Virus record (IMG/VR): IMGVR_UViG_3300044997_000678 | Location: 1 to 7,450 of that record | Reading direction: 5' to 3' (one strand) | Length of the DNA: 7,450 bases | Source: a virus | Position numbers and translations under genes: made by a program | The notes under the pieces: generated by a model | What the model was told of the DNA's origin: nothing | Databases searched by the model: none | What the model saw: only the letters and a program-made list of their open reading frames with translations | In this document: positions 1-5,366 of the stretch, in pieces | Layout: each line of letters opens with the position of its first letter | Position numbering within the stretch: the stretch's first letter is position 1

Positions 1-127
1 TAAAGATTAATTGGCACTTGAACGTCAGGAGGACAAGAAGCAGACCAAGAAATTGCATTTTCTTGTAATTCAGGAATAGGTAATTCTGTTACTTCATTGG
101 TCTGATTGTCAGGTAATTCAGAGTCGT
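1..127. repeat. Terminal direct repeat, copy 1 (identical to 7324..7450)
   Basis: I compared the two copies base by base. taaagattaattggcacttgaacgtcagg...tcagagtcgt occurs at both window ends, with position 1 corresponding to 7324. Confidence 0.98.
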
Positions 128-1136
128 TTTTAGTCCAATCGAGCCATTCTTTAAAAGAAGTCCATGATGAAGATATTGCTTGGGTTGCAGTATTCCACCA
201 GTTTTCAACAGTTGTAGGAAATTTTATAGCAGACTGTGCAGCTTCACAGACAATTGGTGCCCAACCACAGAAAACTGGGAAAGTTATTTTTATATTTGTT
301 CCAGCTTCGGGAGCTGCTGGGTCTTTTGGAGTTGCTTCTGCTGCTGCTTGTTCTGAAGTTTGGGTTTTTGAGTTTGTATTTAGTTGTGTTTCTACATCGG
401 ATTGAGTTGCTGAATCATTTGCAAGCATATCTTGAGCTGCTGTAGTTGTTGCTACTTGTGCACCAACTTTTTTATCTTGATCAGTATGTGTGTCAGCATT
501 GGATATGACTTGAGCTGAAACTATATCTAGGGGTAAAGTTTTCTTTTCTTCTGTTGGTCCGTCTTTGATTGCAGTGCGATAAAATTCATATGAAGGAATG
601 TTTGTACATTGTTGTGTGCCCTGATAGCAAGAATAAGTAATTTTTGCTGAACATATTACAGAAACACCACCATTTTTTACTGTTACAGTTTTATTTTCTA
701 TCTTGTTATAAGTCAAGTTTGAAAAATATGCATTACATACAGCATCGGGACCATTGTAGTCAATTCCCTTGAAGTTATAGACGTATCGTTGATTTGGGTC
801 TATCGGCTTTGTATAAACAATTTGATTATTGGCAGGGTCAAGTACCCAATCAACAGAGCCGAGTAGCTGTTCAACTGCTACAGAAAGAGCATATCCAGCA
901 GCACCACGAGCTAGTACTTTTGAGACTGCACTGACACTCGGAGTTATTTTAGCAGTTGATGTTTTAACTACACTTGCACCGTTGATTATTGATGTTTTTG
1001 TAGCAGTGATAGCTGTAGAAGCACCTTGGGCAATTTGTTGTGTGATAGTCCAACCACCAAGGGAAAAATTTGCAAAAGCATAAGTTGGAGCTAGAACGAT
1101 GTTGAAACAAAGAAGAAGTACAAGTATTTTTTTCAT
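1..1136 (-). CDS. pIII-like minor coat / adsorption protein, N-terminal part (gene wraps the circular junction; remainder at 7323..7197)
   Basis: Hand translation from ATG 1136..1134 stays open down to position 1 and continues in frame through 7323..7197 to TGA, giving 1263 nt or 420 aa. It starts MKKILVLLLCFNIVLAPTYA/FANFSLGGW, a signal peptide. Cys-containing N-terminal domains follow (DAVCNAYF, SVICSAK, YSCYQGTQQCTN). A T/A/Q/E/P-rich linker comes next (TTTAAQDMLANDSATQSDVETQ...EQAAAEATPKDPAAPEAG). The gene sits between the coat terminator and the pVI-like/zot genes, like Ff gIII or CTXphi orfU. It is absent from the ORF track because it has no stop at the window start. Confidence 0.7.
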   Translation of the reverse strand, partial: MKKILVLLLCFNIVLAPTYAFANFSLGGWTITQQIAQGASTAITATKTSIINGASVVKTSTAKITPSVSAVSKVLARGAAGYALSVAVEQLLGSVDWVLDPANNQIVYTKPIDPNQRYVYNFKGIDYNGPDAVCNAYFSNLTYNKIENKTVTVKNGGVSVICSAKITYSCYQGTQQCTNIPSYEFYRTAIKDGPTEEKKTLPLDIVSAQVISNADTHTDQDKKVGAQVATTTAAQDMLANDSATQSDVETQLNTNSKTQTSEQAAAEATPKDPAAPEAGTNIKITFPVFCGWAPIVCEAAQSAIKFPTTVENWWNTATQAISSSWTSFKEWLDWTKNDSELPDNQTNEVTELPIPELQENAISWSASCPPDVQVPINL

Positions 1137-1207
1137 TTGACCATCACCGTTACTGCTATGATTAATATGATAGGAATCAACCAATTAAAAATAGATACCG
1201 TATCCAT
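1133..1207 (-). CDS. 24-aa hydrophobic micro-ORF (MDTVSIFNWLIPIILIIAVTVMVK), possible pVII/pIX-like minor virion or assembly peptide
   Basis: ATG is at 1207..1205, preceded by GGTGG 4 nt upstream. It has a single TM-like core. Its TGA (1135..1133) overlaps the pIII-like ATG (1136..1134) as ATGA. It is too short for the ORF track. Confidence 0.35.
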   Translation of the reverse strand: MDTVSIFNWLIPIILIIAVTVMVK

Positions 1208-1226
1208 AAAGCCACCATTTAATTAG

Positions 1227-1246
1227 AAAGGGGGCGAACCCCCTTT
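1227..1246 (-). terminator. Rho-independent terminator after the major coat gene
   Basis: The sequence aaaggggg-cgaa-cccccttt forms an 8-bp stem (5 G:C pairs) with a 4-nt loop. It starts 4 nt after the coat stop codon. The minus-strand RNA reads AAAGGGGGUUCGCCCCCUUUCUAAUU. Ff phages have a terminator in the same place, after gVIII. Confidence 0.75.
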
Positions 1247-1249
1247 TTA

Positions 1250-1504
1250 TTACTTTGCAGCAGCTCGTAGATTGCGCCAAATAGCGATGCCAGCAGTGAA
1301 GCCAAGCCAAGCAACACCGATTGTTGCAGCAGCAGTAACAGCAAGACCCAAGTTTGTAAGAATGTCAGTTACATCATAAGCTGCCATTGTCAAAGAACCT
1401 GTAGTCGCAGCAGTTAAAGCAACAGCACCACGATTAAGGTATTTTTGTAAGCGATTAGGTTTTTTTTGAACTAAAATTAAACCCATTTTTTGTTGTTCAG
1501 TCAT
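1250..1504 (-). CDS. Major coat protein precursor (pVIII-like), 84 aa
   Basis: ATG at 1504 has a GGAGA 9 nt upstream. The leader ends ...TGSLTMA. The predicted mature ~43 aa is AYDVTDILTNLGLAVTAAATIGVAWLGFTAGIAIWRNLRAAAK. It has an acidic N-terminus, a hydrophobic core and a basic C-terminus, the classic inovirus coat layout. A strong terminator follows. Confidence 0.85.
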   Translation of the reverse strand: MTEQQKMGLILVQKKPNRLQKYLNRGAVALTAATTGSLTMAAYDVTDILTNLGLAVTAAATIGVAWLGFTAGIAIWRNLRAAAK

Positions 1505-1694
1505 GAGATTTTTCTCCAATTTGACATAGTTTATTAAAGACAGCAGCAACAACAATTACAAGTGAAGCAGCCATCCCGATTTGTGCAGCCTGAGCCGCAG
1601 TTATTCCGAACAAGTCATTTATAGTGAGTTGTTCTACCCATTCAACGCATGTCTGAATACCGTCATTTTCAGCTAGAGTTTTGCAGACATACAT
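1497..1694 (-). CDS. 65-aa small protein with hydrophobic C-terminal half, candidate minor coat/assembly protein
   Basis: ATG at 1694 has AAGGA about 9 nt upstream. The hydrophobic stretch is ITAAQAAQIGMAASLVIVVAAVF. It lies between the ssDNA-binding and coat genes, like Ff gVII/gIX. It overlaps the coat ATG by 8 nt. Confidence 0.5.
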   Translation of the reverse strand: MYVCKTLAENDGIQTCVEWVEQLTINDLFGITAAQAAQIGMAASLVIVVAAVFNKLCQIGEKSHD

Positions 1695-1789
1695 TGAAAG
1701 AATCCTTTTAACCGTTGCAACGTGAAATATGGATTTTTATAAATCCTTGATGAAAATAGGAGCCACATTTAGAGCAAATAACTTGGTTA

Positions 1790-2095
1790 TCACCCTGCAT
1801 TCGGTTTTGTTGCTTGTTTGTGTGGAATTAAATCAAGAATGATCAAAGTTGAGTTTTTACCGTTTGATACTTGCTCTAAAACAACGTCAGCATTCAAAGG
1901 AAATTCAAGGTCTTTAATCTTTTTGAAGTTCTCACTTGTACCCCATTTGATTTGTTCACCGACTTCACCAGCGAAGTTGTCGCCCTCTTGTAGATCGGCT
2001 TTATAGAAAACAGTAGTGCTATCATATGGCTTTCCTTGATAGTCACCTTTTGAGCTTTTTGCGCCTAGAACTGTCATGGTTGTCTTAAATTGCAT
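1790..2095 (-). CDS. ssDNA-binding protein (gV / RstB-like), 101 aa
   Basis: It lies immediately downstream of rep and overlaps it by 11 nt. GAGGG sits 8 nt upstream of the ATG. Size is about 100 aa. The N-terminal ...KGDYQGKPYDSTTVFY... resembles the G-K-P-Y region of vibrio-type inovirus ssDNA-binding proteins. That resemblance is by eye, not searched. Confidence 0.65.
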   Translation of the reverse strand: MQFKTTMTVLGAKSSKGDYQGKPYDSTTVFYKADLQEGDNFAGEVGEQIKWGTSENFKKIKDLEFPLNADVVLEQVSNGKNSTLIILDLIPHKQATKPNAG

Positions 2096-3596
2096 GAGTT
2101 AAACCCTCATAAAAGATTTCGTTTGATGTAAGAAAAGGAACACCCTCAAATAAAGGTGTTTCAGTGATAGTTTTGTTTTGAATCGGTTGACCAATGCGCA
2201 AAGCTTGCATAACAGCAGCATGAGAAAAGTTAAGACGCTTTGGTACAACGTCCTTATCTGATGAAATCAGATTGAGAAGATCAGAATCACTAATAAATTT
2301 TCTGAACTGGCGTATGTATTTGCCGAATTGAACTTTGACGATATCAAGAGCTTTATCTACATTGATATTTGCTTGTTTTTCAATGAGTTCACATTTTTCA
2401 GGTGCTACGAAATCATTTAACTGATTCATAAGCATCTCTAATGCAGGATAAGCACCTTTGAAATATGTACTTGGAGATAAAAGAATATCTAGAGGTAAAT
2501 AACGATCGGTGGATTTAAGCTCCAATTCAGCACGTGTCCAAAGGCTTAAGGAATCTCCCTCTTTTTTGCCACGCTCATAAAAACGAAGAAATTTAGAGCT
2601 TGAACGGTTGCCAATAGTAAGAGTTCTGCCCTTTCCATTGATACGCTTCCAGTCACCAAGTTTATTGATTTCTGAATTACGACCACCGCACCAAAATAAA
2701 TCCTGAGAATCCCATTGATCAGCTAGATCAACAGAAACCCATTCTGATTCAAAGTCATCAAAAGCGATATCAACACGATTTAATTTTGGTGAAATAGCTT
2801 GTACTTTTAAGAACTTATATAACTGCTCATTCCAACCCTTGCGAGCTAGAGCGCAACCAGTACCATTGATTTGTACAGTAATTCGCTTGTTATTGTGACC
2901 GTAAAGAATTAAGCCTAAATTATCTTGTAAATCATAACCATACTTGTTGAAATGCATACCCTTTTCACGTTTTTGGGATATACCGAAGCCAAAGATTTCA
3001 AAAAGGATTTGATCAAGATAAGTTTCAATAGATTCGCCAACAGCATCATCTACATGTTCAGGCTTTAAACCAGCGCATTTATCACCTAGAGTTGTTTGGC
3101 AAAAACTAAATGTAACCCAATCAAGACCACATGGTGAACCATCGACTGGAGCAGCCTTAAGGACTGGAACAACACCTTGAGGAGTTGAAATTAAATTGTA
3201 ATTATCAAGATTTCTTGGGAAAGCATAAGATTCAAATGTATTGAACGTATATTCATGAGAATAGCTACTATCCGCTACCCCTATATTATAAAAAGGGGTG
3301 CTTTCTGCCGTATTTAACACGGTATTGGCTACTTTTTGAGCAAATATTTCTTGAATAGAAGAATCTGATTTAGAAGAAGAAGATTTAGAGTTGACCAATT
3401 GATCTACAGCATCGAGTTTATTTTTTACAATGCCATTAAGTAGATTTTTTAGAGTTTCACCATCTGACAAGGAAACGTCACCAAAAGCAGTATGTGCAAA
3501 AATGTCATCGTGTATGGCTTTTTGTTGTTCGAATATTTCAGAAAGAGATAGATTTGAGTTATCAAGATTTTGGATTTGAGCTAATAGATTTTTCAT
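2085..3596 (-). CDS. Rolling-circle replication initiator, Rep_trans (pfam02486, RstA/gII-like) with ~155-aa N-terminal extension, 503 aa
   Basis: Rep_trans-like motifs are present: GLDWVTFSF, ITVQINGTGCALA, NRVDIAFDD and GRTLTIGNRSSSKFLRFYERGKKEG. It is the largest ORF and precedes the ssDNA-binding gene. Confidence 0.88.
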   Translation of the reverse strand: MKNLLAQIQNLDNSNLSLSEIFEQQKAIHDDIFAHTAFGDVSLSDGETLKNLLNGIVKNKLDAVDQLVNSKSSSSKSDSSIQEIFAQKVANTVLNTAESTPFYNIGVADSSYSHEYTFNTFESYAFPRNLDNYNLISTPQGVVPVLKAAPVDGSPCGLDWVTFSFCQTTLGDKCAGLKPEHVDDAVGESIETYLDQILFEIFGFGISQKREKGMHFNKYGYDLQDNLGLILYGHNNKRITVQINGTGCALARKGWNEQLYKFLKVQAISPKLNRVDIAFDDFESEWVSVDLADQWDSQDLFWCGGRNSEINKLGDWKRINGKGRTLTIGNRSSSKFLRFYERGKKEGDSLSLWTRAELELKSTDRYLPLDILLSPSTYFKGAYPALEMLMNQLNDFVAPEKCELIEKQANINVDKALDIVKVQFGKYIRQFRKFISDSDLLNLISSDKDVVPKRLNFSHAAVMQALRIGQPIQNKTITETPLFEGVPFLTSNEIFYEGLTHAI

Positions 3597-3715
3597 TTGA
3601 TAGACCCCATAAATTCATCTGACCAAAACCATTCGCAAGAAGAAAAAGAAATCCAATAAGAATCTGTAAATAAAAAAGAAGTTTTTGGTGCATAAGGCTT
3701 ATGTTTAAAAATCAT
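3593..3715 (-). CDS. 40-aa micro-ORF upstream of rep (MIFKHKPYAPKTSFLFTDSYWISFSSCEWFWSDEFMGSIK)
   Basis: ATG at 3715 has GGAG 9 nt upstream. It starts 2 nt after the stop of the upstream ORF (TAATTATG). Its TGA overlaps the rep ATG as ATGA. It fills the otherwise empty 121-bp gap. It is not in the ORF track. Confidence 0.45.
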   Translation of the reverse strand: MIFKHKPYAPKTSFLFTDSYWISFSSCEWFWSDEFMGSIK

Positions 3716-3717
3716 AA

Positions 3718-3972
3718 TTATTCTCCAAAAGCTTCTATTAATTCAGAATTAGATTGCTTATAGAGTTCTGCATAAGCATCAATTTTTGAAGAATCATAAG
3801 ACCAGTCGTGAGCCACTAAAGCGAGATGAAATAAACACTTTTCAGCAGAGATAGCAGGTGTTAAAGATTCGAGACACGGTTGGGCGTGATCTGAGACAAT
3901 TTTAGCTACTTGATCGAAAGCAGCTTGAACAAATTCTGCCCTATTTCTGAAATTCAAATGGTCATTGTTCAT
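3718..3972 (-). CDS. Hypothetical acidic helical protein, first gene of the rep operon (84 aa from ATG 3972; 89 aa if GTG 3987)
   Basis: This is track ORF 3718..3987. The listed start is GTG, and an in-frame ATG lies at 3972. Neither has a clear SD. The predicted promoter puts the TSS near 3998. I recognise no family. Confidence 0.5.
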   Translation of the reverse strand: MNNDHLNFRNRAEFVQAAFDQVAKIVSDHAQPCLESLTPAISAEKCLFHLALVAHDWSYDSSKIDAYAELYKQSNSELIEAFGE

Positions 3973-3981
3973 TTTATGATT

Positions 3982-4087
3982 TATCACAAATGATATTTGA
4001 GTGTTTTATAACATGTAATTTGTGATATCGCAACATATCATAAAATATAAATCAGATATGATGTGTCACTTTTCAGGAGAAACCGAA
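3982..4087. promoter_or_regulatory. Divergent promoter/operator region between the rep operon (-) and the RHH regulator (+)
   Basis: The minus-strand promoter has -35 TTGCGA (4033..4028), a 17-nt spacer and -10 TATAAA (4010..4005). A 10-bp inverted repeat, tatcacaaat (3982..3991) / atttgtgata (4018..4027), brackets the -10. Further gatatg/catatc repeats occur at 4035..4070. A plus-strand promoter (TTGTGA 4020..4025 with TAAAAT 4041..4046, 15-nt spacer) is weaker. Confidence 0.45.
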
Positions 4088-4282
4088 ATGGCAGTTACAG
4101 TTAGACTTAGAGACGATGAAGAAGAAATGGTGAAAGAAGCAACTTTAGAAATGATGTTTGAGACGAAAATTAGAATTAAAGAGTCTGATGTTATTCATAC
4201 ACTTATAAGAAAATATATAAGAGATATTAAAACAGAAGATGTTATGAAATACAGAGCTGAAATTCTTAAAAAAGACGATTAA
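4088..4282 (+). CDS. Ribbon-helix-helix (CopG/Arc-like) DNA-binding protein, 64 aa; candidate phage repressor/regulator
   Basis: AGGAGA (4075..4080) lies 7 nt before ATG 4088. MAVTVRLRDDEEEMVKEATLE... shows an N-terminal beta-strand (VTVRL) followed by two helices, as RHH proteins do. It is divergent from the rep operon, the position rstR holds in CTXphi. Confidence 0.68.
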   Translation: MAVTVRLRDDEEEMVKEATLEMMFETKIRIKESDVIHTLIRKYIRDIKTEDVMKYRAEILKKDD

Positions 4283-4316
4283 TTATTTTTGTTGATCCTG
4301 ATTATTAGGAAAAAGT

Positions 4317-4736
4317 ATGAGTCATATCATTTTTTTGATCTTTGGAATAGCCATTGGCTATTTCATTGGAATAAACAAGAAAAAAGAAGAACATAAAGTA
4401 AAAAGAAAAAGAGTAATAAGTTATTCAGAAAGGCAGTTAGCTAAAGTAAGTTACGAAACAGACTCAGACAGAATAAGACAATTAAATTTGCTGTCACCGA
4501 ACGAAAGTAAATTTATGAGACTACTTCAACACGAATTCGAAAAACAAAAAGTAATAGTAAAAGACAGAAGATTTTATATTGCAGATCAGGACAACTACCC
4601 TATTGCAATTTTTGAGTACAGAGATGGAACAAAGCAAATAAAATCAAAAGATATTGAAGATGGTTTGCCTATTTTTATATATAAATCAATAATATCAAAA
4701 GAAGAAATAAGAAAAGACAAAGAAGAACTAGCATGA
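4317..4736 (+). CDS. Membrane-anchored 139-aa protein; C-terminal domain weakly resembles DUF2726 / PD-(D/E)xK-like folds
   Basis: AGGAAA lies upstream of the ATG. The N-terminal TM segment is HIIFLIFGIAIGYFIGI, followed by a Lys-rich linker. The motif LLSPNESKFMRLLQHEF...RRFYIADQDNYPIAIFEYRDG resembles L-[ST]-x-x-E-x-x-F...D...E-x-[KR]. That resemblance is by eye only. The stop codon overlaps dif-like site A. Confidence 0.55.
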   Translation: MSHIIFLIFGIAIGYFIGINKKKEEHKVKRKRVISYSERQLAKVSYETDSDRIRQLNLLSPNESKFMRLLQHEFEKQKVIVKDRRFYIADQDNYPIAIFEYRDGTKQIKSKDIEDGLPIFIYKSIISKEEIRKDKEELA

Positions 4737-4837
4737 TTTCGCATAATGCAGATTGATGTTAAATAACGCTGTTTTGCAATGGTAGATATTATTGCAAAAC
4801 AGCTATGTAACATAATCGCGCACACATTATGCGAAAT
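4736..4837. other. attP candidate: two inverted dif-like XerC/XerD sites flanking a 13-bp perfect palindrome, foldable into a forked hairpin (CTXphi type)
   Basis: Site A (4736..4764) is atttcgcataa-tgcagat-tgatgttaaat. Site B (4805..4837, reverse complement) is atttcgcataa-tgtgtgcgcga-ttatgttacat. E. coli dif is GGTGCGCATAA-TGTATA-TTATGTTAAAT. The XerC-type arms are identical to each other, and each XerD-type arm matches 10/11. The central regions are 7 and 11 nt. The inner stem is gctgttttgcaat (4768..4780) / attgcaaaacagc (4791..4803). Confidence 0.75.
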
Positions 4838-4856
4838 TTAAGTATAAAAAATATCA

Positions 4857-5220
4857 TGGATAAATTCACCTGGTATGAGACCTGGTGCCAGGATAAAAGA
4901 CCTGGATAAATTCACCTGGTGTGAGACCTGGTGCCAGGATAAAAGACCTGGATAAATTCACCTGGTGTGAGACATGGTGCCAGGATAAAAGACCTGGATA
5001 AATTCACCTGGTGTGAGACCTGGTGCCAGGATAAAAGACCTGGATAAATTCACCTGGTGTGAGACCTGGTGCCAGGATAAAAGACCTGGATAAATTCACC
5101 TGGTGTGAGACATGGTGCCAAGATAAAAGACCTGGATAAATTCACCTGGTGTGAGACCTGGTGCCAGGATAAAAGACCTGGATAAATTCACCTGGTGTGA
5201 GACATGGTGCCAGGATAAAA
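4857..5220. repeat. Tandem array of 8 x 46-bp direct repeats (7 full units plus a 42-bp unit), non-coding
   Basis: The unit is tggataaattcacctggtgtgagacctggtgccaggataaaagacc. Units start at 4857, 4903, 4949, 4995, 5041, 5087, 5133 and 5179. There are only 5 substitutions: 4875, 4974, 5112, 5121 and 5204. Each unit holds the palindrome CACCTGGTG, the inverted repeat CCTGG-TG-CCAGG, and two CCWGGATAAA sub-repeats. Confidence 0.97.
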
Positions 5221-5260
5221 ACAGTAATCAGAGGGTCGAGATTTCGAATATTTATAGTTC

Positions 5261-5312
5261 GCTTGCTAGACAGCAAGCTCTAGCAGGCATACGCCTGTTA
5301 GTTCTAGGAGCT
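5261..5312. other. Stem-loop cluster, candidate ssDNA origin / packaging-signal structures
   Basis: SL1 is gcttgct-agac-agcaagc (5261..5278). SL2 is agctc-tag-caggc-atac-gcctg-ttagtt-cta-g-gagct (5276..5312). They lie in the only large non-coding region, where inoviruses place the origin and packaging hairpins. Confidence 0.35.
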
Positions 5313-5334
5313 GTAAAGTGATTCTTTTATAACG

Positions 5335-5361
5335 ATAAGTTTTTTTTGTTAAAAAACTTAT
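5335..5361 (-). terminator. AT-only 11-bp hairpin just downstream of the last operon gene, weak terminator candidate
   Basis: The sequence ataagtttttt-ttgtt-aaaaaacttat starts 6 nt after the stop of the 117-aa ORF (5367). The stem has almost no G:C pairs and no clean U-tract follows on the minus strand, so it is weak. Confidence 0.3.
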
Positions 5362-5366
5362 AACAC

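Noticed and set aside
106-1083. Plus-strand track ORFs 106..405, 236..445 and 829..1083
   Set aside because: They lie antisense to the continuous minus-strand pIII-like frame. They are low-complexity products with no RBS, and are mirror-frame artefacts.
1505-1555. Upstream start (MLLLLSLINYVKLEKNL...) for the coat ORF at 1555
   Set aside because: It would overlap the 65-aa ORF by 59 nt. The ATG at 1504 has a good GGAGA RBS and yields a sensible coat precursor.
1695-1789. Small ORF (about 31 aa, MWLLFSSRIYKNPYF...) and weak hairpin ggattt-ttat-aaatcc (1731..1746) between the ssDNA-binding gene and the 65-aa ORF
   Set aside because: The ORF has no RBS, no coupling and an unremarkable composition. 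The hairpin is a 6-bp AT-rich stem without a U-tract. The evidence is insufficient for either call.
1818-2006. Plus-strand 62-aa ORF
   Set aside because: It is antisense inside the ssDNA-binding gene, with no RBS.
2085-2440. Gene-X-like internal in-frame start in rep (Met at ...LEMLMNQL...)
   Set aside because: Ff phages make pX this way. Here only a weak GAG lies upstream of the candidate ATGs, so the sequence alone gives no support.
4022-4087. GTG start at 4022 giving an 86-aa RHH protein
   Set aside because: It has no SD and would begin inside the -35 and operator of the divergent promoter. ATG 4088 has AGGAGA at ideal spacing and starts exactly at the RHH beta-strand.
4595-4825. Minus-strand 76-aa ORF
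   Set aside because: It is antisense to the 139-aa gene and starts inside the dif-like hairpin. It has no RBS and an odd composition.
4857-5220. Repeat array as a CRISPR array, as coding sequence, or as stacked promoters
   Set aside because: The repeats are head-to-tail with no spacers, so it is not a CRISPR array. The 46-bp period rotates the frame and stops occur in all frames. The TTCACC/GATAAA spacing is 21 nt, which is not promoter-like.
4857-5220. DnaA-box-like motifs (TTATCCAGG and TTATCCTGG on the minus strand, two per unit)
   Set aside because: They match TTATCCACA at only 7/9 and 6/9, and the mismatches fall in the conserved CACA end. It is worth a binding test but too weak to claim.
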